Shown: positions 31,035 through 48,215, counted from the stretch's first letter. The stretch is DNA of 64,000 nucleotides from the human T2T-CHM13v2.0 reference genome, Homo sapiens (GCF_009914755.1 NC_060926.1), one strand, 5' to 3'. Notes: generated from the sequence alone by a model not told the origin. Made by a program: numbers and translations.

Positions 31035-31849
31035 GTAAGGCTATTTTACAGTTACTGAACAGAACATGAAATAACACATCTGGCAAAGTTAAATTATACG
31101 AATTAATGTTACTTTTAAAAAACTTTAAATGCTGCACTATAATTTGGCCATTTGTCCAGTTATAGCTATGTTTTGCTCACCGTTTAAAACTTTTATAAAC
31201 AATTCAAAATGTTTCTTTTACTGTAGGTTTGTACTGCAATTAAGAAAATTACAAATTGCAATATCTGGAATGGAAGTATATTAATGGCTTTCATTCTGTT
31301 TTCCAGTTGGATGTGTGTTAGCCATTTGATGACCTCTTTTATTCATAATTAACAGATTTCAGACTGGTGTACAGGGTAACTGTATAACAGTTAGTTTTAA
31401 GTACCTGAACTTTAGTAGATGCTTTATGGTTTGTACTTAATAAAGCATATTAAGAAAAATGCATCAAATTAGATTGTCAGAAATAACATTTTTCTTCCAA
31501 GGCCGTTGTGCTTCAGTTCTTAATGATACATCAAGTTTTAAAAAAATTATGCCTAATGAATTCAAAATGACTACTAGAATTCATACTGTTTATTATTAAA
31601 TGGGTATATAGAGAAAGGTTTATCTTTTAAAGTAATTTTTATATTATAATGAATATCACTTAAGGATTTACATTATTTTGAACTTTTTTTTTTTTTTATT
31701 CTCACTCCAGTGTTTAATGCATCAGGCAATGTCTGTTAAAGATTACATCCTCAGGGTGACTACCTTTGGATTAGACTCCTGGTCCTCCACCACTTTCACC
31801 CTCATGATATGTCATAATGGTTTTAGTAATAACTGCCATTGTTTAACGA

Positions 31850-32235
31850 TAGCTTAAGATAAAATTCATATACCATACAATTCACTTCTTTAGAGTGTAC
31901 AGTTCATTGATTTTTAGTATATTCACAAAGTCCATCCGTCCCCACAATTTTAGAACATTTTCATCACCCTACAAAGGAACCCTGTAACTATTAACAGTCA
32001 CCACCCATTTCCCCTTGATTCCTTCAGCCCCTGGCAACCACGAATCTACTTTTTGTCTGTGTTAGATTTGCCTGTCCTGGCCATTTTATGTAAATGGAGT
32101 TAAACACTGTGGTCTTTTGTAACTGGGTGCTTTCACTTAGCCGAACATTTTCAAGATTCATCCATGTTTTAGCACGTATAGTATTTCATTTCTTTTTATT
32201 GCCAAATAATATTTCATTATGTGGATATATGAGAT
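31850..32235 (-). mobile_element. Old L1 3'UTR fragment
   Basis: ccctggcaaccac..atctacttt, ttcaagattcatccatgtt motifs. Confidence 0.75.
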
Positions 32236-32659
32236 TTTATGTAGCCTTTGGGAGGATTTTAGTAAGCTTGGAAATTAGGACGTGTCCAGCATTTGATAGC
32301 TTTTTTTAGTTTACTTGGCAGTTTATTTTTCTTTCTTAGTGGTACATAAAATAATTTTTCATCTTAAAATTATTGTTTAAATCTGAAAATCAGTCTGTGA
32401 TAAATATTATATTTTTCTTTGAGTACCTCAGTTTACTCATTAATAAAATGCAAATAATTGACTTGCCTAAGGTCACCAAATAATAGGTAGTGAGGCTAGG
32501 ATTTGACCTGGTTCTGCCTTTCTTCAGTCTTTTCTTAACAGCTGCACATCTGAGCAGTACTATCAGCATGTTGATAATTAGAATAGGTAATTTGCAGAAT
32601 AGAAGTTATCAATATGTAAAAGAATGAGTTTTAGTAAGGACATTAAGAGTGGGTATTCT

Positions 32660-32971
32660 GGCTGGTATGGTGGCTCATGCCTGTAATCCCAGCACTTTGG
32701 GAGGCCAAGGTGGGCAGACTGCTTGAGCCTAGGAGTTCAAGACCAACAGGGCAACATGCTGAAACCCTGTCTCTACAAAAAATGCAAAAATTAATTGAAC
32801 GTGGTGGTTCATGACTGTAGTCCCAGCTACTCCAGAGGCTGAGGAGGGAAGATAACCTGACCCTGGAGAGGTTGAGGCTGCAGTGAGCCATGATCTCACC
32901 ACTGCACTCTAGCTTCTCTAGCTTGAGCAACAGAGTGAGACCCTGTCTCCAAAAAAAAAAAAAAAAAAAAA
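32660..32971 (+). mobile_element. AluJ-type
   Basis: Alu dimer plus poly(A). Confidence 0.85.
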
Positions 32972-33308
32972 GGTTGGTGGGGGGGTGCTATTCCTGTTTA
33001 TTGTTTACTTTTCCCGCCTTCTTTAGAATTAGTAGAGTATTTTTTATTATTCTGTTTTCTCTTTATTGACTTATTAGCTATGCTATATCTGTTGTCATTT
33101 GTTTGTTTTTGGTGGTGGTTGTTGTATGGGTTGTAGTAAACATCTTTAACTTACCACTGTCTAATTACAAATAACATTCTACTACTTCATAAATAATAAT
33201 TATACAACAGCTTTGACCTTCTAGTCTTTGTTCTTATATTGTCATTCATTTTACTTTTATATGTTGTGAACTCAATAATACATTGTTAACTTGTTTCATT
33301 TTGAGTGG

Positions 33309-33737
33309 TGTATTAGTTTGCTAGAACTACCGTAATAAAGTACTACAGACTGGGTACCTAAAGAATAATGTATTTCCTCACAGGTCTGGAGGTTAGAACC
33401 AAAAATTGTGATATAACTACAATGTGAGGAGTGGGAAAGGATAGGTATCAGGATTTTGGCAGGGTTGGTTTCTTCTGAAGACTTTCTTCTTGGCTTCTAG
33501 ATGTCCATCTTCTTTATATGTCTTCACATAGTCCTCCCCATACATGTCTGTGTCTTAATCTCCTCTTCTTAAGGACACCACTTATATTGGATTAGAGAAA
33601 GCAACCCTAATGAATTCATTTTAACTAGATACCACTTTGAATACCCTATCTCCAAAAAACAGTCACGTTCTGAGATAGAGCTTAGGACTTCAGCATGGGA
33701 ATTTGGTGGGGAGGAAAAACACAATTTACCCAGTAGC
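33309..33737 (-). mobile_element. MaLR LTR (MLT1A-like)
   Basis: tgtattagtttgctag start; ccctatctccaaa..cagtcac, ttaggacttca. Confidence 0.75.
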
Positions 33738-33753
33738 AAAAAGTTATCTTTAA

Positions 33754-34053
<300 letters not shown>

Positions 34054-34059
34054 TGAAAT

Positions 34060-35968
<1,909 letters not shown>

Positions 35969-36605
35969 GAAAACCTTTATTTCTTATAAATTGTCCTGTT
36001 TTCTCTTTAAATTGAGAGGGTAAGTTCAATCCCTAATATTCTGTCATGCCAGATGAAGGCATCCTTAATATTCTTTCCTAATGAAATTTAATTTTGCCAC
36101 ACTATTTGTTATACTTCTGACACATCAGTAAATTTGTGAATCAGTTCTACAGAATTTAGTTATTTGGCATTATGATGGTGTGTGGAAAGCTTCAGGTTTG
36201 TGAAATGGATACATACTTGATTAGGAAAATGATAAGCACTTTGTCACATTTCTTATGAAGCAATCTAAATTTTTTACTGAAATTATAAATGATTTAAAAA
36301 TAGTACCATCTGATATAAAGTCTGCTATCTAAACCATTTGATATTTATATTTTGAAATTTATTATTTCTATATTGTTGAGTTATTTTAGTCATAGTTATA
36401 AACTGTCAGTGGGAAAATAAATCTAAGTTGCTGGCCATTCTTAGTTATAGTTTCTGAGGAATAAAGGTAAGTTCTGAGATAAAGCAGTACTTGAGACTAT
36501 AAATACACTAACTTAATAAATTGGTCTTTATTGGTTCATATTTTTGGGTTATATTAATTTTCAAAACATTGAAAGTAAATTTGGTATCTTTTTTCCCCTC
36601 TCTAG

Positions 36606-36749
36606 GCTGAAGGGTATGTGATTGGCAGCTGTATTAAACACATTCCAATCGCAGGACGAGATATAACATATTTTATTCAGCAACTGCTGAGAGACCGAGA
36701 AGTAGGAATCCCTCCAGAACAATCCTTGGAAACTGCTAAGGCAGTAAAG
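36606..36749 (+). CDS. ACTR3: ACTR3 exon 7 (144 nt): [48 protein letters not shown]
   Basis: ctctctag| ... aag|gtaaaa; AGRDIT actin motif. Confidence 0.97.
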
Positions 36750-37467
36750 GTAAAAAGTGTGATAGGAGTGTAATTTAGTTAAAAATTAAAATCACATTTA
36801 TAACATTAACGTGAGAAATTTTTAATAGAAGAAGAGTACTTGAAATAATCTTGTTAACCAGTTATAAATTATTACCCTTAAATATATTTACATTTTCTTT
36901 GTGTTTCTTAAAAGAAAATTATTACAGCAGTTTGTCTTCTGTTTTCTTCATATTTTATATTTGAGAGGAGTAATATAAGAACATTTTACCAAATGACATT
37001 AACATAAATTTTTGTGATTATTCTCTTTATTAAAAATAAATAATTATTTCACTATAAAGTCCTTGCATCTCAGTTTCTTCACTGAATTCTTTATTTTAAT
37101 TCTAAAAGCTTTTGTCATAAAAATTATTTTGATACAATTGATTCATTGTGCTATAGTATAGAAGCAGTGCTTGGCTCAAGTGATAGGGCACATAGAAGAA
37201 AAACATGAAGGCTATCTAAAGTATTTTATTAATTTTTTTCTGCCATGTAAGTATTATATCAGTGCTTCATGCAAACTATCAAAATACTTTAGCATCGTCT
37301 TTCAAACTTATTATTTGCCACATAACCAAAAAATTTCAGTGGGTTTCACGTGTTTTGAAAAGCAGAACTGCCATGGCAAAAGTAACTTACTTGTCTCTGT
37401 TTCCATGGTTTTTTTTTTTTTAATTACCTGTAAATTTTTAAAATTTTTAATTTCTTATTTTTATTGA

Positions 37468-37753
37468 TTTTTTTTTTTTTTTGTAGAGATGGGATCTTGT
37501 TCTGCTACCCAAGCTGGAGCGCAGTGGCACACTCGTGGCTCACTGCAGCCTCAAACTCCTGGGCTCACGTGATCCTCCCGCGTCAGCCTCCTGAGTAGCT
37601 AGGACTGCAGATGCATATCACCATGTCTGGCTAAGTTTTTGTAGAGATGGAGGTCTTGCTATGTTGCCCAGGCTGGTCTTGAACTCCTGGCCTTAAGCAA
37701 TCCTCCTGCTTCGGAATCTCAAAGTGCTGGATGTGAGTCACCATGCCTGGGCC
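37468..37753 (-). mobile_element. AluJ-type
   Basis: Diverged Alu with deletions. Confidence 0.85.
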
Positions 37754-38832
37754 TCTTTGCTTGTTTATGGGATTTTCCTTGCTCGTCAGAGCTTAAGAAT
37801 GAAAATTTATCAACTACTTCCTAGGTAGTAAATTAGTAAATGACTACCAAAAGTTACCCCAAGTTGGTGGCATAAGAATTAAATATATAAAAAGTTAATG
37901 TGAATACTACTGATTCAACATCTTTGGGAAATCTGTGAAATTAAAGCAAAACGAGAAAACACCAGAGATTTAAATCTATTCCAGAGAAGATTGATGGTCA
38001 TTCTGAATGTCTTTAAAGGAATATCATTTCTTTGTCATTCTCACTTCCAAGGTTTGGAGAAGACCTCAAATAGTGTAATCAAATGTCTTCGGATTCCAGT
38101 ATTTTTTCTCTTTGTGTATTTTGATTATTACTGGTAATATTTGCATCTATCTTGGATGGTGCCTGTGATGTGTAAAAATACTGGAAAAGGAAGTTTTTTT
38201 AAAAAAATAAAACAAATATTGGTTGGCAGTTGGGAGTTTATAAATTACAAATATGATGTTATAATCTATAATATATTTTTCAGTGTTTTTGATGAAAACT
38301 TTTACTTAGGTCATATAACCAAATATGCAACAAAATAGAGTAATTTATATTTTTAGCCTTTTTTCTTTGCTCTTTTATTTACTCAGACCGTAATCAGTTT
38401 TGTTTCAGATAGATATTAAGGATCTATATTAATTTGTGTGGTTATCACAATTATTACTTATTCTTCAGTTCTGTATTTTATTTATTCTCCTTACCTACAG
38501 CACAAGATTCATTATTACTGAGACAGAAAATGTTGAATGACATTAGTGAACATTTTCAGGAAATAACATTGAAATAGTAGAAGTCAGCTCTCCAGTCTCT
38601 CAAATACTGTTTATATTTAAAGTCAGAAAATATGTGTAGGAGATGAGTATGTTTATTTGTACTACACATATGATAATATCCTAACAAATTTTTCTTCCAG
38701 CTTAATTTCCTAATTTTATTTTCTGAAGAGTTTTTTTTTTTTATTGGATTATAGTTTACTGAAAACATGCCATTCTTCTTTACTGTTCCTATAATAAGCA
38801 AAAAAAGTTACTTTTGTTTCTTTGTTTTTCAG

Positions 38833-39006
38833 GAGCGCTATAGTTATGTCTGCCCAGATTTAGTAAAAGAATTTAACAAGTATGATACAGATGGGTCAAA
38901 ATGGATTAAACAGTATACTGGAATCAATGCTATCTCAAAGAAAGAGTTTTCTATCGATGTTGGTTATGAGAGATTTTTGGGACCTGAAATCTTTTTTCAT
39001 CCAGAG
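38833..39006 (+). CDS. ACTR3: ACTR3 exon 8 (174 nt): [58 protein letters not shown]
   Basis: gtttttcag| ... gag|gtaatt; ORF track 38767..39033. Confidence 0.97.
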
Positions 39007-39629
39007 GTAATTTTTTTTAACGGAATTGTTTAAAAGTATTCAGCAGCAAATATGAATTAATAGATATTCAGAGAGAATTAATCTCAGAAACTTTTATTAG
39101 TACACTAAAAGTTTGAGTTTTTATGAAAAGTTTATAAAACATTTTATGAACTTTTTAAAGAAAAAATTTGCTTTTGTTAAAATAAGCAAAATTGTTGCTA
39201 TTTTTTGCAGATTTAGAAAAAACTTTTTAAAAAATATGTGTGGCTTATGGGGGGGTCATGAAAAGAGGAGAGCCCTTAAATTTTTTTTTTCTTCCCTCCA
39301 TCATGGACTCAGGTAAAGTTTTGTAATTGAAATAAAATATTTTGGGAAAGGTTCTAGAAAGCTCCCCCCCTCCCTATTTGTGTAAAATGACCATTATACA
39401 AAGAACCTTCAATTAACCATTAAAATATATAACTAGTAGCAAAATAGTCTTCTGTCTATGAAGTTTTAGCAACATAAAGGCTTTATTAAATTAAGAAATA
39501 CATACTTTTAATAATGGAAAATTCTTCTGGTAACTTAGTATCAGAATTGTAACTTTATTAATAGAATTACTAATATTACGTACTTACTCTGCTTATTTAA
39601 TGTTAAGAATAGTTATTTTTAAAATTTTG

Positions 39630-41100
39630 TTTATTCACTCAGCAAATGTTAAATGGTTTGAATTTTCATGATCTCAGCTTAAGCACTGGGTATTCAAAGA
39701 TGAAAAATTATTTTATCTTGCTCTTACTGAGCTCAAAGAATAAAAGAGATGAGTATTTAAACACGTAAGGTTATAGTTGCTTTAATGAGTGTATGTATCT
39801 GCTGAGGGCACAGGAACAAAGAGCATGTAAGTCTGCTTGGGAGAACATCTCAGGGGAGATAATGGTTGAACTGAGACTTAAAGGATGAATGGGTGTTTGT
39901 CAGTCATGTGTGGTAGGGGAGTATATGTATTTTTGTCAGAAGGTTAGCTAGGCAGAGGTCTTAGACATGAGAGTGCTGGAAAGAAAAGTATAGAGGACAG
40001 ATTGGTAGGAGAGGGATCCAGATAGGTATTCATGGACCCAGTCTTGAAGGGCAGATATGTTATGCAAGGGAGTTAGCTAGATTCTGTAGTCATGCAAAAA
40101 TTTTAAGCATAGAAGATAATTGTGTACCATATTAGAAAGGTTACTCTCGCAGCATTGGTTTGGACGGGTTGGAACAGAGGTGTGAATTGTGTTGGAAATA
40201 GGTGATTTTACTATAGTATTTTAGATGAAAGATGAATAGTATTTGTGGGTCAGTGAGAATGAGGAAGGAGGTGAGAGAAAAATAGAATCAACATAATCAG
40301 TAATTGCTTAGATATGAGGGGAGTAAGAATATGAGGAATCTGTGATAATTCACAGGTTTGTAACTTGGGCAACCCAGTGTGCCATCCACTGAAATTTGTA
40401 ATACTGAAGGGGAGGAGTAGGTGAAATAGACAAAGATGAGTTTATTATATGCATCTTTTAAAAGGTTCAAAAACAAACACTTGGGTGTTGTAAAGTCATC
40501 ACCCTTTGTGGGGCACAAAGGAAGAGGTTGGCTGAGAAGGGGCTGTGGAGTAGAAAGGTGAAGAATAGGGCCTTCGTGAACACAGACACGTGGACAGGCT
40601 GAGTAAGTAGAGCCTGCAAAGAATACTGAAGATGACAGAGAGGTAGAAGCCAAGCTAAAGGATTATGGTCATAAAATTGAGAGAAGTGAATGTTTCAAGA
40701 AGGGAGGGTAAATAGTGCCAGTTGCTGCAGTGAAGTAACATTAGAGGAAACCTTAGAAGTACTTGGAGTTTTTCAGCATCTAGGTTATTGATGATCATAG
40801 GGGAGGCGTTTCAATGGAGTGATACGTTAGAGCAGCTTGTTACTTATCTCAGTGAGAGGTGAAGGTTTGGAAATCAGCAGTCTGGACATTCTGAGAGATG
40901 GCTATGAAAGAAAAAGACAGTGGACGAGTAAGAATTCAGTTGCAAGAATAAGGCTCAAGATAGTTTTAAATTTTTAAGAGGGCTTACTCCAGTTACAGGA
41001 GGGAAGGAATTAAGTATAGGTACAGGAAAATGAACTAGGAAGGGCAGAAGCACAGGTAGGTAGTTGAAGAAGTTCATCATCATAGTTCATAGTTTTAATT
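39630..41100. mobile_element. L2 remnants
   Basis: ttattcactcagcaaat terminus and purine-rich L2-like blocks. Confidence 0.55.
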
Positions 41101-41156
41101 TTTTTATGAGGTGGAATCAAGCTTATGTTTTGGGAGAAGGGACTGGACTAAAATTG

Positions 41157-41417
<261 letters not shown>

Positions 41418-42293
41418 TTGAGGGCTTGTGAAGAATAATGACTTTCATATTTACTGTTGAGGGGAATTGAGAGGGTGACTAGTGAGTACATATTAATAGT
41501 ATGGGGCATCCATTCTTTACTCAAGGTAGCAGGTTAGATACCCAAAACTTTTAGTTGTGCAATAGTGTCCTCTCGCCTCCCCCAGACAGTTGTGGGAAAG
41601 GAGGAAAAGGTTTTGATAAAGCAGAGATTAAAGTATTACAGCATAGAGGAGAGAGCAAGTCCTGAAAGCTGAATTACCTAGGGATAGTGAGGGTACAGGT
41701 ATTGGAGATCATGATGAAATGACACATAATAATTGTGAATTGGTAGCAGAGGAGTGAGCATGAGAAGGATAAGGAATTGTGGTCAGACTAGTATACTGGA
41801 GTGTGAAGGTTTTTGGTGGTACATTTTCTTTGCACTTTATCAAAACATAAAGATTAAGAGGATGTATACACACAATTTTAAAGGTCAAATAACACTGACA
41901 GACTTAAAATTAGCAGCTCTTCACCCTCCTGCTGCCATTGTGTTCTATAGAGCATCCACTAGCTTTTAGTTATTGCTCTTGGTAGTAACCCCCAGATTTC
42001 TAAATACTGTGATGGTATTGCAGGAACATGGATGGAGCTGTTTCTTGATATGTCACTGTTAGTGGTTTAAATGCTAGCCTCCTTTCAGATTAGTTCTTTC
42101 TAGACTCTCTTTTCTTCCAGCCTGCCAACATGTTAGGTTATTGTTATTAGGTAAATCAATAGTATTGTAATATTTATAGTATTATACCTGAGACTGTTGT
42201 TCACTTTTGAGGCAAGTAGTGTAATGTGATTCTTTTCCCTTAAAATTCAGCTTTTCCTACACTTTCACCTTGTTTATTCATTTGCTTCATTTT

Positions 42294-43430
42294 CTTTTTT
42301 TTTAACTTTAAGTTCAGGGGTACATGTACAGGTTTTTATATAGGTAAACTTTTGTCATGGAGGTTGTACAGATTGTTTTGTCCCCAGGTATTATTAAGTC
42401 TAGTATCCGTTAGCTATGTTTCCTGATCCTCTCCCTCTTCCCACTCTCCACCCTCCGATAGGCCCCAGTGTCTGTTGTTTCCCTCCGTATGTACATGTTT
42501 ACTTATCATTTAGCTTCCACTTAAAAGTGAGAACATGCAGTAATTGGTTTTCTGTTCTTGCACTGGTTTGCTGAGGATAATGGCCCCCAGCTCCATGCAT
42601 GTTCCTGCAAAGAACATGACCTCATTCTTTTTTATAGCTGCATAGTATTCCATGGTGTATATGTACCACATTTTCTTTATCCAGTCTACCATTGATGGGC
42701 ATTTAGGTTGATTCCATGTCTTTATTTTTGTGAAGTGCTGCAGTGAACATACATATGCATGTGCCTTTATGATAGAACAATTTATACTCCTTTGGGTATG
42801 TGGGATTGCTGGGTTGAATATTTATGTTTTAGGTTCTTGAGGAATTGCCACACTGTTTTCCACAATGGTTGAACTAATTTACACCTAATATACACCAAGA
42901 GAGTATAAGCGTTTCTTTTTCTTTCCAGCTTTGCCAGCACCTTTTTTTTTCTTTTTAAATTGTATTTATTTTTTAAAAATATTTTCTCTTTCCTTCATTT
43001 TTTAGGAGGGATGGTGTGAGAATATTTTTTGAGTTTTTAATAATAGCCATTCTGACTGGTATGAGATGGTATCTCATTGTGGGTTTGATTTACATTTCTC
43101 TAATGATCAGTGACGTTGAGCTTTTTTTCTTAAGATTTTTGGCCACATATATGTCTTCTTTTGAAAATTGTTCATGTCCTTTGCCCACTTTTTAATGGAG
43201 TTGTTTTTTCCTTGTATATTTATTTAAGTTCCTTATAGATGCTGGATATTAGACCTTTGTCAGATGTGTAATTTGCAAAGATTTTCTCCCATTCTGTAGG
43301 TTGTCTGTTTACTCTGCTGATAGTTTCTTTTGCTGTGCAGAAGCTCTTTAATTAGATCCCATTTGTCATTTTTTGCTTTTGCCATCTTCATCATGGAATC
43401 TTTGCCCATACCTGTGTCCAGAATGGTATA
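42294..43430 (-). mobile_element. Primate L1 (L1PA/PB) 5'-truncated 3' end
   Basis: Minus ORF MVDWIKKMWYIYTMEYYAAIKKNE; 14-nt TSD atttgcttcatttt at 42280 and 43431. Confidence 0.92.
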
Positions 43431-43860
43431 ATTTGCTTCATTTTGTTTGTACAGTCATTTATTCATTCATTTATTTATTGGGGTTTGAATTAACTTTCTT
43501 GTTATACACGGTCTGGAAGGGAACCGAGGAGGGTGGGTCTCATTCTATATAGAGGATTTTAACAGTTTCTTTTCCAAACAGGATTGAAATATTGTATTCA
43601 TTGTTTTTTTGCCCCCTGATTCATCCTTGGTCATTTACCTTTCCTTTTAATTCTCTTGCTGTCATTTTAGCGGAGAGTCAAGAGACGGGAGAGATAACCA
43701 CATGTAGCTGGAAGTTAGGACAGATTTTTGTATGGGCCATTTATATGTGAGTAGATTAATAGAAGTGTGTCAGACCTCATTTCATTTAAGGCACATCAAT
43801 TAACTTGAAATTGAAATCTTAGAGAAGAATATTAAAGCTCCAAGTTGGGGACAGGAATTA

Positions 43861-44322
<462 letters not shown>

Positions 44323-44809
44323 TTAGATATGTAAATAAAATGTGTTTCATATTGCTTAGGAAAGGTATAGTTGGCTGGATGAAAATGTGTCTTGCTGCTA
44401 ATGTTTCATATATCATTTTTTCTATTAATTTGAATAACCTTTATTGTTTCATACACCAATTTTTCTTTATTTTTTAACTTTAAAACATTTTCTGTTGTCT
44501 ATAGCTTTATGTTCCTTATAAGTAATTTCTTCTATGAGAAACCTGTTTCTCTTTTTAAAAAACCTGTTTTGTTTTCTTTTTTTTAAAGGCTGTTTTTAAA
44601 AATCAGTTATATATATGCACATGGTTTAAAAGTCTTGGTCTGCGTATCCTAACAAAAACTAGGGGTGCCCTGCATGTTTCTTTCTCTTGTTTTGTATTTC
44701 TAGAGGTAACCACTTCAAACTCTTCTTAGTTGCTTCTTTTGCTGATTACCTCCTTAGCTATGAATTGCTTGGTTATATTGCAACTTCAAATTTTTTTTCA
44801 GTGTTAGGC

Positions 44810-45098
44810 TTTTCTTGTTTTCTTTTGGAAACAGGGTCTTGCTCTGTCACCCAGTGCAGTGGCTGAGTCATGGCTCGCTGCAGTCTCCCCAGGCTCAGGT
44901 GATCCTCTCACCTCAGACTCCCAAGTAGCTGGGACTACAGGTATGTGCCACCACTTCCAGCTAATTTTTGTATTTTTCGTAGAAACAGGGTTTTGCCATG
45001 TTGCCCAGGCTGGTCTTGAACTCCTGGGCTCGAGCAATTCACCCATCTTGCCCTCCCAAAGCGCTGGGATTATAGGAATGAGCCACTGTGCCCAGCCC
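44810..45098 (-). mobile_element. AluJ-type
   Basis: TSD gtgttaggc at 44801 and 45100. Confidence 0.85.
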
Positions 45099-45730
45099 TG
45101 TGTTAGGCATTGTCTGTCGAATTCCAACTATGGAAGAGGAAGATTGTCTTTTTTATCCTTCTTCTGTCATCACAGACAGGACCTTTCTATTCCCTTTTCA
45201 TCTCATTTGTTACATTATAATTTCAAGTAGGTTGAAATTCAGTGCTTATGTTTTTGTGACCACAAATTTTGTTCATATCTGAGCCATGTAGTTAACCATG
45301 AAATCTTTTCCCTTCCTATAAGTAACTTTGTTTTCCAAGAAGTCATTAATAAACTGTTTGCTTAGTGCTAAAATAATTACCATTCATTCACCTCCAAACT
45401 CTCTTCAGTAGTTATATAAATCTCTTCTCAGGATATTCAGATGTATAGGGTTTATTCATCAGTTTAATTTTCTGAAGTGTCTTTTACATCCCAATCTGAA
45501 CTTGCTTCTGTCGGTTCCCAGTATAGAGTTGCCATATTCCTTTACTATCATTCTAGGGATTCCCTTTCCCTCTCTCTTGTGTTGGATCTCTTTTTCGTAT
45601 ATCCTATGTCTTTTTCACTCCATTTACATGATCTAAATGAAAAGATTTTGTATTAGTATGTGTCACTTTGATAACATTAAATCTCTTTTCATTGTATGCG
45701 CAGCCTGTAAATAATTTAGAACTAATCTTA

Positions 45731-46103
<373 letters not shown>

Positions 46104-46210
46104 TTAATAAATAAAGGAATATTGTCTCTCAACTAGGACAACCTAATGATAAAAATGAATGGCTGAGGAGATATACAATACTTGTTTGTTTTTCACTAAT
46201 TAGAGCTAGA

Positions 46211-46538
<328 letters not shown>

Positions 46539-46649
46539 TAGTTTTTTAAAAAGTATGTTTTTCTTGAGTGCCAGCTGTTTGGAAATAGTAAGTTTATTTT
46601 GACTATGGTATATCATCGTTTGAATATATAGCTGATGTTTGTTATTCAA

Positions 46650-47248
46650 AGTAGATGTGCCAAAAAGTTCTTGAGAGCGCTGAATTAGTGAACACTGAGC
46701 TAGCTATTGCTCCTAGGGGAAATACAGTATTAGGTTTCTTTGAGCCTCTGGTAACATTTTTGTTATCCCATTAACATATACCCTTGTTTCACGTGTGTTT
46801 CTTTTTAAAGGCACTGCATTTAGTATATCATTTTAGTATATTCATTTATATTCAATAGCACTAGAACACATGTCTGAACAAAGCTATCTAACTTGCTTTT
46901 TCTCTGTAAGACACATCACAGCCTCCTTGTGTTTACTAGCCAGCACTTGAGCAGTATGCTTGGGGGCCATTTTAAATAATGAAATCACTAACAAAAATAT
47001 GAAAACCGTGCCACTAAATAGAACTGTGAAAAGGACACTTGTTTATAGTATGAGAGCTGAAACTAGATAGCAGAGTATCATCTTGTTCAACTTCAATGGG
47101 GAATGTGCACATCAGTGGACTCAAATTTTTGTTGCTCTACACGTGCATGTCCATGAATAACCATATTTTGATTTGGGGAGTAACAAATATGTTTTAGCGA
47201 TTAGGTAAATTCACAAATATGGAATCATGAATAATGAGATTAGACTAC
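46650..47248. mobile_element. TcMar-Tigger element (MER82-like)
   Basis: ttgctcctaggggaaatacag, cacatcacagcct, aaaaggacacttgttta..gtatgagagctgaaac blocks. Confidence 0.75.
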
Positions 47249-47416
47249 ATTTATTTATTTCATCCCCTATTGATGGACTTAACGGGTTTTTCCTCTTAGA
47301 AACAAGGCTATAGTAAATATGCATATGTAATAGCATACATGTTTGGGGAGTTTCTTCAGAGTTTGTTGTAAGAAGTGGAGTTACTGGTATGTGCATTTAA
47401 AATTTTATTAGCTATT

Positions 47417-47786
47417 TGTATTAGTCCGTTTTCATACTGCTAATAAAGACATACCTGAGACTGGGCAATTTATAAAAGAGGTTTAATTGGACTTATGGTT
47501 CCACGTGGCTGGGGAAGCCTCACAATCATGGCAGAAGGCAAGGAGGAGCAAGTCCTGTCTTACATGATGGCAGCAGGCAAAGAGAGAATGAGGAAGACGC
47601 AAAAGCAGAAATCCCTGATAAAACCATCAGACCTTGTGCAACTTATTCACTCCATGAGAACAGTATGGGGGAAACCACCCTCATGATTCAATTCTCTCTC
47701 ACCAGGTCCCTCCCACAACACGTGGAAATTATGGGAGTACAATTCAAGATGAGATTTGGGTGGGGACACAGAGCCAGACCATGTCA
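47417..47786 (-). mobile_element. THE1 solo LTR (MaLR)
   Basis: tgtattagtccgttttcatactgct...gagatttgggtggggacacagagcc..catgtca; 5-nt TSD ctatt/ctatg. Confidence 0.9.
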
Positions 47787-48122
47787 CTATGTTATTATTG
47801 CCAAATTATTCTCCATAGTGGTTACATCAGTGTATACTCTCACAGCGTTATATGAAAGTTTCCATTTACCCAGATTTTTGCCAGCTCATAGTATATGTAT
47901 GACTTTACATGTTTGCTATTCTGATAGTTATAAAATGGTATATATCATCATAATTTTGAGTTTTCTCTGATTTCAGTGTCTTCAATCTGAATCTGTTAGA
48001 GACCAGTATTAGTGGTTTCTAAAAGGCCTTTTGTTTTTGAACTGAAAACTTTGTTTAACCTTTTATTGTGATATTTGTCAGTAGTGATATGATCTCTATT
48101 ATATATCCAACTTATTTTTCAG

Positions 48123-48215
48123 TTTGCTAATCCAGACTTTACACAACCTATCTCAGAAGTTGTAGATGAAGTAATTCAGAATTGTCCTATTGATGTCAGA
48201 CGTCCTCTCTACAAG
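48123..48215 (+). CDS. ACTR3: ACTR3 exon 9 (93 nt): [31 protein letters not shown]
   Basis: tttttcag| ... aag|gtattt; Thr293 (FTQPIS) distinguishes ARP3 from ARP3B (Met293). Confidence 0.97.
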
